Part shown: piece by piece, positions 11,989-24,203 of the stretch | How the letters are laid out: each line of letters opens with the position of its first letter | How positions within the stretch are numbered: the stretch's first letter is position 1 | Translations under genes and position numbers: made by a program | Assembly: GCA_950097015.1 (NCBI GenBank) | Contig: CATNEN010000001.1 | Location: forward strand, 15,438,001-15,502,000 | DNA from: Macrostomum hystrix | Lineage: Eukaryota; Animalia; Platyhelminthes | Reading direction: 5' to 3' | DNA: 64,000 nucleotides | The notes under the pieces: generated by a model | Seen by the model: the letters and a program-made list of their open reading frames with translations, nothing else | Database searches by the model: none | Told to the model about the DNA's origin: nothing

Positions 11989-14900
11989 GTCCAGCGAGCA
12001 GCCAGTCGAAAGTCAAATTCTATCGATGCAGCCCACCAGTGTGTACGTGTCCTGTCAACTCGGTGGCCAGGTGGTGTCTGCATGCGTCGACTCGGGTGCT
12101 GCTGTGACGATTATTAATGAAGCTATGCTTCAGAGAATAACAAAGACTTGAACTAAATCGCCACCGACCACTCAACCTTATAAGTCAACACTCCACGCTG
12201 CTAATGGCAGCCCCATCAATATCAGCGCGATCTGCCAGTTTCCGATTGTCATAGGCGGGAGCGAATTGAGTATGACAGCTCTAGTGTCGTCGTCCGTCTC
12301 CTACGACTTGTTAATGGGAGCTTATTTCCTGTTCAAGCACAACTGTCGCGTCGATTTTCAAGATGGCGTCCTGCACATCGCAGATACCTGTGTCCCTCTA
12401 CGCCTTCATCAGCGACCGGCGGCTGTGTGCCGCATCCTAGCATCGGAGCGAATCGTAGTCCCGCCCGGATCAGAGAAGATTGCATCCGGTCGATTAATGA
12501 TGAAGGGTGGAAGAGGACGGTTTACCAGAAGCCCAGGAGTAATCGAGGAAAGTCTAAACCGGAAGCGCGCGGGCTCGGCAGTACTAGCGAGGTCCTTGGT
12601 AATGCCTACGGATGGAGCCCGAGTCCCCATACGACTTGCAAACTTCTCGGATGAGCCGGTCGCCATCCGCAAAGGCGAGACTGTGGCCTGGTACTACCCG
12701 CTCGATCCGCTGCAGCCCATCGCGCTGGCGACAATGAGTGAACAGAAAAGTGCAGCTGAGACATCAGAACAGGACCGTCAAGAAGTTAGTGCAGCTTCAG
12801 AGGAGCTCCTGGAAGACCTGAAGAGGTGGGGAAACTGTGGTTTGTCGGCAGAGCAAGAGACGCAGTTCAAGGTGCTAATCCAGCGCAACCGTGATGTCTT
12901 TGCGACCGACCTGGCGGAAGTCACAGTCACGAATGTCAGCGAGCATCGAATCGACACAGAAATGGCAAGGCCGATCAAGCAGGCGCCACGGCGACTACCA
13001 CCACATCTTCGAGCGGAAGTCGACCAGCAGCTTGACGAGCTTCTAGCGCAAGGAAAGATCGAGGAGGCAACATCTCCATGGAGCTCACCGATTGTCTGCG
13101 TGCGAAAGAAAGATAATTCTCTGCGTATGTGCGTAGACTATCGCCGGGTCAATGACGTGACGGTCAAGGACGCCATTCCGCTGCCTCGTGTCGATGAAGC
13201 TCTAGAAGCACTGCATGGAACAGCCGTTTACAGCTCCCTGGATCTGCGATCAGGCTACCATCAAGTCCCTGTAGCGAGGGAGGACCGAGATAAGACCGCC
13301 TTTGTCGTGCCGCACCGCGGACAATTCCGATGGCTAGTGATGCCATTTGGAGTAACAAACGGCCCTGCTACATTTAGCCGCATCATGCAGACGGTGCTGC
13401 ACCCCCTGGCCTGGAAGACATGCCTGGTGTATCTGGACGACATCTTGGTTTTTTCGAAGACTGTAGAGGAGCACTTGGCTAGGTTGGATGAGATTTTTCA
13501 GCGGCTGAGGAGTGCCAATTTGAAGCTGAATCCGAAAAAGTGTGAGCTGCTCAGTTCTGAAGTAAGTTTTTTGGGTCACAGAGTCTCAGCAGACGGCATC
13601 GGAACCGATCCAGAGAAAGTCAGAGCGATTCGCGAGTGGCCAACACCATGCACCATCAAAGAGGTGCAGGCATTTCTTGGCACTGTTGGCTACTACCGTC
13701 GGTTCATTCAAAATTTTTCGCGCACAGCCGAACCGCTGACGGAACTGACGAGATCTACGTCACCGTTTCAGTGGGGAGCGGCCCAAGAAGAAGCGTTTCA
13801 GCAGCTGAAGGAGGCGCTGACTGGAGAACAGGTCATGGCGTATCCGAACTTCGCTCCTGATGCGCCGTCGTTCATTCTGGATACCGACGGAAGTTCATCG
13901 GTTGGAATCGGAGGTTTACTGTCTCAGCTGCAACCGGACGGATCCGAGAAGGTCATTGCGTACGGATCACGGACCCTGTCATCTGCAGAACGCAATTACT
14001 GCACCACCCGTGTTGAGCTCCTAGCTGTAGTCACGTTTATTCGCCAGTTTAAGTATTTTCTGCTCGGGAAGCACTTCGTTCTTCGAACTGATCACAATAG
14101 TCTGCGCTGGCTGCACTCGTTCAAGAACGTCGAAGGTCAAGCTGCGAGATGGCTGGAGCAGCTAGCCTGTTTCAACTACACGATCGTCCATCGAGCAGGC
14201 CGGGACCACGGGAACGCTGATGGATTGTCACGAAGACCACGGAGTCATTTTGGGGCAACCACGTGTCCATCCTGCAACCAGCAGCCTGAGGTCAGCGCCG
14301 TCATGTTTGAGTCAAGACTGCAGCAACGCATCCGCGAAGCACAGCTAGAACATGCGGAACTGCGTCCACTGAGGCAGGCAGTTCAGTTAGGGCAACTGGA
14401 CTCGCTCGGGAACGGACACCGGACGCCCCTCTGGAAGGCTTTGATGGCCAGAAAGGATGAGCTGTGCATGATCAACGACCTCCTGTGCGTGCGGACAGAA
14501 AAGAAGTTGAAAGTTGTTCTGACTGCGGAAACTGCAGATGCAGTTATCGCCGAGCTGCATGGAGGAGTTAGCGGAGCGCACAGCGGATTTTTCAAGACTA
14601 AGAAAAAGGTGACCTCGCGATTTTGGTTTCCCGGACTCGGTAGACTGGTCGAGGAGTTTATTCGGCGCTGTGTGACCTGTGGAAAGTCCAAGACAAAGCA
14701 ACGAAGTCGTGCACCCCTGGAGCCAATTCAGACAGGCGCTCCATTTGAACGCGTCATGGTTGACATTGTCGGGCCACTCCCACGATCGAAGAGAGGAAAC
14801 ATGTATGTCCTAACCATTCAAGACGCCTTCACCAAATGGCCAGATGCGTACCCGCTTCGGAACCAGAAGGCTGCCAGTTGTGCCAGGGTTTTTGTCGAGC

Positions 14901-15858
14901 GCTGGATCAGTCAGCACGGATGCCCACAGTTTCTGCATTCGGATCAAGGCCGAAACTTCGAGTCAAAATTAACTGCAGAGCTGTGCTCGCTGCTAGGCAT
15001 CAAGAAGACAAGGACCACGCCGTACCATCCGATGGGGAACGGCCAAGTCGAAAGTTTCAACCGTACGCTGGGTAGCAGCTTGAGAAGCCTGATGGTCGAA
15101 AGCGGGGCAGCGCAGTCAGGTTGGGAAGAATTCCTGCCCGCCGTGCTCATGGCGTACCGGTCAAGTGTGCATAGAGGAACCGGCTACACACCGCATTATC
15201 TGGTGTACGGCGAAGAGATTAGACTGCCTGTCGACCTGATGAACAGACCACCTCAAGTGCAGCAAAGTGGAACCACCGAGTATGTCGCCGAACTTCGTCG
15301 TAAAATGCAAGCGGCTGGCGACGCAGTGCGGAAGAATTTGTCGACTTACCAGAGACAGCAAAAAGATCAATACGACACAGGAGCCCGCGGCTCAGCATTC
15401 GAAGAAGGCGATCTGGTCTATGTGTACCAGCCTGTCTGGAGACTGGAGAGGCAAAAAAGTTCCACGTGTATTGGACCGGACCGGTGAAAGTGTTTCAGCG
15501 TGAGAGTGCGACTCGGTACCAGATTGGACATCCGACGAACAACCGGAAGAGAAGAACCGTGCACTTCAACAATTTACACCTGTATCGTCGAGCTGCTGAG
15601 AGCAATCAGGATGTGCAGCAGCCGGTGCCGCCGGTCCCTGAGCAGCAGGTGTCTGCGGAATACAACGAGGACGATGAAGACGATGACGACGATGTGTGGG
15701 TGCAACTGCCCAGACCTGAAGTTCCGGATGCCGAGGTTCCGGGCAGTCCAGTGAGGCATCCTACCCCAGAGCGTCGGTACCCCGCGAGAAATAGAGTGCA
15801 GACGCAGTTGTTTGGCAACCCAGCTGAGCTGGAAACAGAGGGTGGAAAGGGAAGATGA
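11921..15858 (+). pseudogene. pol: Gypsy Pol (PR-RT-RNaseH-IN) with one in-frame stop and one frameshift
   Basis: Protease VDSGA, then TGA at 12149-12151 in frame with ORF 12266-15487. RT YLDD, RNase H, integrase HHCC and D,D,E follow. The GPY-like tail (YWTGPVKV) continues in ORF 15466-15858. Confidence 0.92.
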
Positions 15859-16333
15859 ATCGGTAGACACAGCGGTCCGCAATCAGCTGAAGCGTGCTTG
15901 TTTACGCGGTCGCTCATCAGAGATCGCAAGGTTGATGGCGGAGATTCAACAGTTATATTCGGCGCGTCAGGCAGTGGTTGAGGTCAAGAAGGCGCTGATG
16001 AATGCCCTGAAGGATCTGGTGCAGAAGAAAAGCGGCCGTTCGAGAAATGTGATGAGTGTCGCCGAATATAAGGCAACGTCTAGGGCAGTGCGAGAAGCTG
16101 CACAGTCGCTGGAATTCTGCCAGGTAGGAGTGCTGGTAGCATCAGTTCGTCGCTTTAGGCCCTTCCTGGTCGATCAGGTTCATAGGCGGGCACCAATGGC
16201 ACCCGGGACGGGAAAACCCAGCCGTTCCAGCCCTTCTGTGGACGCGGATGTCCTGGTGCTGGACGCCGAGGAGGATGACCTGAACGACCTTGGCGAGGCG
16301 GCGACGCGTGGCAGCATGGACTGGTCGATGTAA
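15812..16333 (+). CDS. Additional Gypsy ORF between pol and 3' LTR (unknown, helical then acidic tail)
   Basis: 173-codon open frame with coding-like composition. No signal peptide or transmembrane segment is visible. Confidence 0.5.
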   Translation: MATQLSWKQRVEREDESVDTAVRNQLKRACLRGRSSEIARLMAEIQQLYSARQAVVEVKKALMNALKDLVQKKSGRSRNVMSVAEYKATSRAVREAAQSLEFCQVGVLVASVRRFRPFLVDQVHRRAPMAPGTGKPSRSSPSVDADVLVLDAEEDDLNDLGEAATRGSMDWSM

Positions 16334-19300
16334 GAGGACGACGGATCGCAGTGGCAGCTTTCGTTGAGGACCCAGGCCAGGATTCAGCCTTAGCGACTGC
16401 CACGGAGACGATGCCAGCGCCTTCATCGAAGTCCATTACCGCATCTGACCTACAGCGCACCTGCCCTAGACCTGCCCTAGACCTGCCCTACAACTGCCCT
16501 ACACCGGCCCGACACCTGCCCTACAGCGAGTATACCACAAGCTTCGTGCTGACTGCGGATTGCTGCGTGCACCTGGAAATGCAAATCAGTTACTGTCGTT
16601 CACGTTTTTCGGTAGTTTTTTTTGTTTTATCCCATCGCTGTCGTTCGTGCCATTTGGTGTTAAGTTCGTTTTTGTTTCTGTGTGACTTCGTCAAGAAGGG
16701 GAGAATGTTGTAATGTACGAGCGTAATAGTTTTCTCTGTACTGTATTTTTCTATGTACTTTCACTATCGCGTTGCACTTTGAGTCGCCCCCCCTGCCCCT
16801 TTCTTGCTCTGCGCCTGCCTGCCTATCAATTTCTCTCACCCCCTGGCGTCTGATTGGTTGAGCTAAAATGCTTGCGTACCCCCCCTGTTATTGTCATCTC
16901 CCGTTCCTGCCCTCTCATTGGTTCGCGGCTCGCCCAGTTGTCTTACTTTCTCTCTCTACCCTGCAGCTTAGCCGTGATCGGGTATTACCCCGCTCACCCT
17001 GGGTGAGCAGGTTTTATTTATTGGCGTGCGCGCGCTCGTCCCCCTCTAACGTGACTGTTTGTTTTGTTGAGCACCCCAACCACCGCCTACCAGAAAAAAT
17101 ACAACAACTCAGCCAGCTCTCCCGAGCGCAAACAAGACTGCTAGCCTACGTAAGTGTCGTTCTGCCTTTGTCTTTTCGGGTTCAGTCACTAGGACTTTGT
17201 CACCAGGGCCTGTGCATTCGTTGCGACCTTTGTTGCCGGCTTACTGCCTGTGCGTCTAGTGCGACAGTAGGCCGACACATAGTAGGACGGAAGTGAAGTG
17301 CTGAACCTCCCTGCTCGTCCTGAGCGAGAGGCGAAGCCGGCTGGCCCGTCTCGGGACACAACAAATGGATCACAGAACAGAAGCTAAAGTGATTGATAGA
17401 TTCTGTACCTATTTTACAGGGACTGCAACGGCTAGGAACTTTGGAATCCTATAACCGATGACCCTAATATGTGTGCTTGGTCAAACTTTTGTCACATGTT
17501 GAAGCTTTGAACGCATATGTACAGGTTCCCGTTATCCTGAACAAAAGACAATAGGGTAAGACAAAGTAAAGACAAAGTAAAGACAAAGTAACGAGCACGG
17601 ACAGAAGTTCGACAATATTTTCTACCAAATAAGCTGGAAATATTTCAGTGACAAGCATTATGTTCTCGTTTATGGATCTTGTAAAGGCCCTCTGATAGCA
17701 CAGGCTCTGAATATTTAGTATCAGGGAATATCTAAGGTACAAACTGTTGAGAAAATTGTTCTTTCGATGCATGAAATAGTGAAGCTCGAAGAAAGCTTTA
17801 AAATTGTTTCTCTTAGAAGGTAAATAAAAATCAGAATGCTTCGTAAAATGGACTATGCCAACAACTAGCAAGGACTCGGACGAATACTTACTCAAACTAT
17901 TTACCAAGAGGTTCATATGCGCTACAAGAGAGTAATCTTAGTAGGATTGGGTTAAGTAGAACAAGATAAGGAACAAGAAAGTAGAAGCCCAATCGTGTAC
18001 AAGCGTACAATTTAGTTACTCTTGAGAACACGGTGGAGTGACTTTTTATCGTTATCTGCAATTAGCCTCACACTGTGAGAAGCAAGTCCACTTTGTTTTG
18101 TCTCGCCCCGCCCGACCACGCTCCGCTTGTTCAGTTAGGTAGCTTTTGGCGCTATGCATCTTCAGAGCTCGCCGCTGACAATGGTGGTCTAGATAGGCGC
18201 TTGTTGTCGAAGTCAGTAAGCGCTCTCTTTGGAGACTCCAACGTCAGGCAGAAGGAGTACCAACCGATAGGATCTGTCGGGGCAGCGATGAAAGCAGAGA
18301 CAACCGGAGCCTCTCGGGAAGAGTAGGGCGCGGATTAGGCCCGTTTAAGTAAAATTGTTATATCCAATTTCCCCCAACCAAATTTTACTTTTCACTGTGA
18401 GTGCGCTATATTTTCTTCTCGAAAGAAATTCGTCCTCATTCTGGCGGTGTAACTTTTTATTCAAGTTAAGTAAGTAAACGAGAGTCAAATCTATTCCTAT
18501 TCTTATCTGGAGTCGGCGAGTCATAAAATAGATTAAATCACTCCCCAATTAAACATTTCGAGTCTTCGTGTTCATACTGTGCTATTATCATTTTCATTGG
18601 GAGTTTCGCCGGGCCAGAGAACGACACGTGGGTCTCGTCGCTAATCTATTCCGCTTCGCTCGATACCCCCAGTCCATAAGCGCTATTTATTTGCAGATTT
18701 ACCCTGCTGCTATTGAAACGATTGGTAGAACACCGACACCGGTGAATAGTGAATAGTCGCTAGCTTTAAATTCCTCACGCTCCAGCTAGGACATTCAATG
18801 ATTTCACCAACACTGATTCTGGCCTCCACGCAATTCAGTCTGCATCTCTCGGCCTCTATCTTATTGTCACCCCTTCACTCTGTCGCAATCGTGTTATTCA
18901 ATTTTAACTGGAGCGAAAAAATGTTAGAAATGTATTTCTCATGACAAATTGTACGGTTATTTGGTTTTTTTAAGTTAGCTTTTTGAGTTTCAATTTTTCC
19001 AGCTAGTAGATACTTTAAAGCTGAATGATTCTTGCGGTATGCTCAGGATGTTCCAAAATGCATTATCTGCAATGTCATAGACAATATCTGCGGTACTGCG
19101 CGTATCTGTCTGCTAAACTAAAGTACTTTTTAGCTTATGCACTTGTTAACTTATGTTCTTGTTATCTAATCTACTTGTTAACAAATTTTCTTGTTTTCTA
19201 ATGTACTTGTACTTGTTAACTAATATGTTTGTTAACTAATGTACTAGTTAGCTAATGTACTTGTTGTTGGTAGCGTCCACATGCAGCACGTTGCTCTAGT

Positions 19301-19604
19301 TGATTGCTCTATATTATTATTATTTTTATTTTTATTGAGGAGCGCATGCCGAATGGATGCTGATTTTTTTGTTTATTTGATGTTAAAGGCTGAACAATTC
19401 GATTTTTTTTAAAGAAGGCGATAGAATGACAGTAGCGTGCATAATATTAATTTTATTAATTGAAAAAACAAATATTTGAAATAAACAAAGACATTAAAAA
19501 AAAATAAAATATTGAAATTTAAACAGAAATTAAAACTGTTCTCCTGAAAGGAGAATAGCTATTGTGCTTTTGCATTTTAAGTATGCGCCTCAGCGCAGTG
19601 TTTT

Positions 19605-20650
19605 TTATCTAGCTTTAAGTATGCTTTCTATGAAGTTCACAATTTTTTTTGTTAATTCTGTGCTTTCCTGTGTCATTTAATACACAATTATGTCATCAGC
19701 TGTTAGGCTTTCGAAATTTCGAACAGTACAGCTGCCACTTTCTCTATGAATTTATTTCTAATTGGAACATAAACGGACCAATCGCATCTAAAGAGAATAT
19801 GAGTTTCGTTCTCTACCTCGACTCTACATTTTGGACATGTTCTGTTTTTATAGGCGATCTTCGGTCTTACAGTGCGCAATGTCTCACGGGCCAGTTTGTG
19901 GTTTCCTAGACGAAATCGGCACATTGTGCGCATTTGTTCTGGGTTAGTGATTATTGTTAGGTACTTTCACTGGAGAAATCTTTCCTAAACGTGTAAAAGA
20001 AGTGGCTGAGCTTGGCTGATTTTCCCATCCTCTGAGTCCAGTGCCTTCGGAAATCTGACTCAAAGTTCTCTCTGTGTGTTTTGATGGACTTTGTTTTTTT
20101 AGTCTGTTGACAATTCCGCATTAGTTCACTATTCATTTTTTCCCCCAATGCCAACATCGCTGTATTCTGTATGTGCCACCAATTTCACGATGATGGAGTC
20201 TGGTCGGTCCGAACTGAGGACCGGTATTGAAGGCTTCTTTTTTGAATACTATAATAGTGGTAGTCTTCCTAATTCGGACCGAGCACCATTGCTGTCAGTG
20301 TTTGGACTAACTTGCAGAATCGACTTGCAGATTCTAAAATTAATTCTCTCTATAAGGTTCCGATCCCAAGTACCCAGTTTCCAGGAGACAAAAGCTCTCC
20401 AGGCCTCTGATGCATAGAGAACTATGATTTCAATTATAGTTGTGCTAAACAAGATGAGCTGTTTGTGTTTTACTCTCTGAAATCCCGTCAACTTTCTCAG
20501 AAGCGTTATTGGATGTCCACTTTTTTACCTAGTTCTATGGCATGAGTATCTGGCATTGTACCCTTCACGTTCATGTGAAAGCCGAGATATTTCCACTGCT
20601 GTACGGGTTCAACCAGTTGACCATGTAAAAACAGTCTATGTGCCGCCCTT
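19605..20650 (-). mobile_element. 5'-truncated, degenerate non-LTR retrotransposon (RT thumb to CCHC end)
   Basis: Fragments EPVQQWKYLGFH, LYASEAW...FRICKSILQV...ARSELGRLPL and RFRLGNHKLARE...RTCPKC...ENETHILFRC, with stops and frameshifts. Confidence 0.8.
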
Positions 20651-22555
20651 AAGTGGAGATTGCAGCTCAGAAGCTTTGTCTTCTCAATATTCTTCTCAGT
20701 ATTATTCTTAAAATGATTCTCTGTCTTCTCAATCTTTTCAATATTAACATTATAATGTGGGCGGAACGTTGCCGTCAGTCATGTTTTAAAGGTTTAAAAT
20801 GTATAAAGGATCAGAGTGGCCATCAGTTTGGTTTCTCGAAAACAAAAGTTCGCCTTGTTATTACGGTACGACAGAAAGTTTCCTAATTAGTCGTAATTTT
20901 GTTGATCCAAATGACTCTCCAAGATCGAGATCCAGTGAACAACGAGTCAAGGCGGGAAAACTGGAACGTCATCAAATATGAAAAAATGGCCTGTTTTCTG
21001 GGACGCGATTTTCTGCGTTTCAGCTTTCTTACGAATGCGAACCTCGTGTGTCCATTATACTAGATACTCGGATAAGCTATATTTTTGCATTGCGAATTAT
21101 GCAATTATGGATCTATGAACAGCCAAACTATGTATCTAGGGGCTTCCAACGTAAGTCATCAGGCAGTAACTCTGAGGGAGAGGTGCTACAGGTGTAATGC
21201 GTTAATATCCTTATATCCTTATCCTTAATGTAAAATATATTATCTCCTAGTTTTGAATCTAATAACACCCACCCAACTCCACTTTTGGTATAAAAGCCGG
21301 GACTTTCAATTGTTTTTAAAGCAATGACTAAGTTTACTACTTACTGCCTCACTCACCCCATGTATATTTGCGAAGCATACAAAGTGCAAGTGCAACGCAA
21401 TCTGGTAGTTTCACCGCATTTTCACTTGTCCTCATAACTTGTAACTCACCCGGCAGCGCTAGCCTCAAAGCTGGTGTTCTCCTGGCTTCAATTTAAATGT
21501 GCAACAGTTAACAAAATCAGAAAGAGGTCTAGCACTCTTGAGAGGTCAAGTCAGCTTGAGGAACGAGACCAAAGGGGTCATGCTGGGCTTCGAAAAGTTC
21601 ATTGAAGTCAAGGATTAGACTTTCTGGTTGACGCAGCTTGTTCAGGACTGTTGCGACGAGTTCGTGAAAAAGCCCAAGGGGAAGAAGGCAGGGGAGGAGG
21701 CGACGGTCGGTGAAACAAAGGATGTGGTCCTAATGGTCCCAGAGTAGCCAGTCCTACTCGTAGCCATGAACATAGCTTTGTGCCTATCCCAAGCACTGCT
21801 CAAACTCGACGATGAATTCTAGCTGACAGTCAAAGAGAAACATATTTTTGTGCCTAGCCCAAGCACTGCTCAAACTCGACGATGAATTCTAGCTGACAGC
21901 CAAAGAGAAACTAGATATAATACCCATAATCGTCAAAAGCAAGGCAAAACTGCCTACCGCCGTAAGTAGCGTAGTTGACTCCGGGCTTTGGCAGCAGTGG
22001 ATGGAACAGTCCAGCCTCTAATCCGATAATTGCAGAAATGCTATGAGGCGAAGCGGTGGTTGCGCCACCACCCAGTGCGCCTGCGTTGCGTTGATATTTG
22101 GAGACGTGTCTGCCCGGAGTTTACCGCTCCAAGTTTAGTAATCAGTTCCTAACAAGCCATAAAATCCGATTTCGTCGTTAATGGACGTTTAATGGGCGCA
22201 TTCTGAGCCACGAATCAATCGTCTATGGTTGGAAAATGCGAAGTCTTGAACCAGTGTGCCATATAATGGTCCCGAACACGGGGCCCATTAAACCGTATAA
22301 TGGGCGCCAAACCAAATCGAATTTCATATAAAATAGTGGCCGCTCAATTTGCAGTCTATGGTTAAAAAGTCCTCGGCCACGCTCAATAGTGCTCGGCTCG
22401 CTTCGCTCGCCTCGGACCATTAAACGCAGCCTCAGACTTTCTAACCACAGAATGCCAATTAAGCAGCCACTATCATATACTTAATCGATTCTTAATAATA
22501 TTAAGTCAAAAAGTCTGAGGTCTTAAGTCAAGTCTTAAGCCAAAGTGCTATAGTC

Positions 22556-22680
22556 TTAATCTATTTGCAGCCTTAATCTATTTGTACTACCTAATACTAA
22601 TCTATTTGCAGTCCTAATCTATTTGCAGTCCTAATCTATTTGCAGCCATAATCTATTTGTAGTACTAATATATTTGTAGT
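22556..22680. repeat. 17-bp tandem repeat (taatctatttgcagtcc)
   Basis: About 7 copies here and about 4 copies at the paralogous site 43310-43375. Confidence 0.8.
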
Positions 22681-24203
22681 TCGATAGCTCATGCCCACTC
22701 TGTATAATTCATACTTTTCTACCATAAATCATGCTTCACCTTGATAATTTATGCTACCCCTTCAATAAACCATGATACCCTCTTTAATAAATCATTCTGT
22801 CGTCTTGTAAAAATAGCTCTACCCTCAAAGTATTGTTACTCCCTGAAAATCCCATGCTATCTCTTCAATATAATACAAAAATTCTTAGATATATTTTGCT
22901 TTCCCACAAAAACTCCTTGCAATTTAGTTGATATCTCATGCTGATATCCATTGATATCTAGCTCCATATTCCTTAGTTTCATGTTCTCCTCCGAATTATT
23001 ATGTTTTCAGAATATAAAACAACACTGATTGCTTCCATGCTCGAAAAAAACGAAGATTAAAAAATATTGCTATTAGCAAGGATTAAAATATATTATCTTC
23101 TAATTTTGAATCTAAAATCGATTTCAGCTATGCTCGCAAACTTTTCTACAGTTTCGAAAAATTCTAACAGCTACGCATGCTTAAACAGTCTTCATTTAGT
23201 TTGGAATCGGAAAAAATTGAAGAAAATACTCGAAAAATGTTACAACTTAAAATAAATACCGCTTTTAGCTGTGCTCAACATATTTTCATCTAGTTGTGAA
23301 TCTGATAACGCTTGCAGCTATGCTCAAAGAACATTTCCTTAGTCTTAGTATCGAAAGTCACATACTGCTACACTTGAAAAAAAATTTAAATTATTTTCTC
23401 ATAGCGAGTAGAGTAATGATTGAGCTGACTAATATTTGCTTTCACAGTAGCTAATTGAAAGCGCTTAAACTTGTAGTGTCTAAAAAAGGAAAAATGTCAT
23501 TTTTTACTGTTCAAAGAAAAGAGATAAAAAACAGTTTTAAAACAGATGCAGTAAATTGACCTGCATTCGGAAAAAAATAAAAGTACAAGTACTTTGCTTC
23601 GAGTCTAGATTAAAAGAAAGCGGAACAATGATTGAAGTCGAGACAAGGTTTGACAACATATAGGCTGCAGTTTTCAGCGACAGTTAGGAGGAGAGTTCTC
23701 GCTTTCATTGAGCATCAAAAAAGCCAAATCATTGCAATCAGCCACGAGCATTCGTGCGTTTTAATTATTAAAATCAAAACGCTAAATCAGCCAAGAGACC
23801 TATACCACTATTGCAGTACAGCAGGGACACGATCCTATTCAAATGGCGGTATCGGGCCCGCAATTCTATTCAACATGTGATTTCGGCACTTTTGTTCTAC
23901 TAACGCACGCTCGGACGAAAAATGCACAGATGAAATCAATTAAAACTGACAGTGTCGGGCCTTATTCTAAGATGATAAACTAACCTTTATTGTATAGCAC
24001 AAAATGACTGCTTTTTCTAATATTTAATGCCATTAGGATAAGGCAAATGCTTAGAAATTTAACGTGTACCAAAAGGCGTATCGTCTAGAGAAATAATCGT
24101 GAAAATCGGACGACGCGTTCGCTACCGAGTATGAGTCAGAAGTGATGCTTTTGGCGGCACTGACGTCAGTTGCTATTTAAAAACATCGTGATTACATTAA
24201 GTT

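Larger units (their letters stand above)
10755..17363 (+). mobile_element. Ty3/Gypsy LTR retrotransposon, 5' LTR largely deleted
   Basis: TSD aatg (10751-10754 / 17364-17367). The 3' LTR spans 16706-17363 (tgttgt...acaaca) after PPT aagaaggggagaa. Only ~32 bp of the 5' LTR start remain at 10755. Domain order is gag-PR-RT-RH-IN. Confidence 0.95.

Noticed and set aside
21600-22110. GC-richer stretch with Cys-rich GGCATTQCACV and a ~63-bp direct repeat, possibly a decayed transposase end
   Set aside because: Too fragmented by stops to assign a family from sequence alone.
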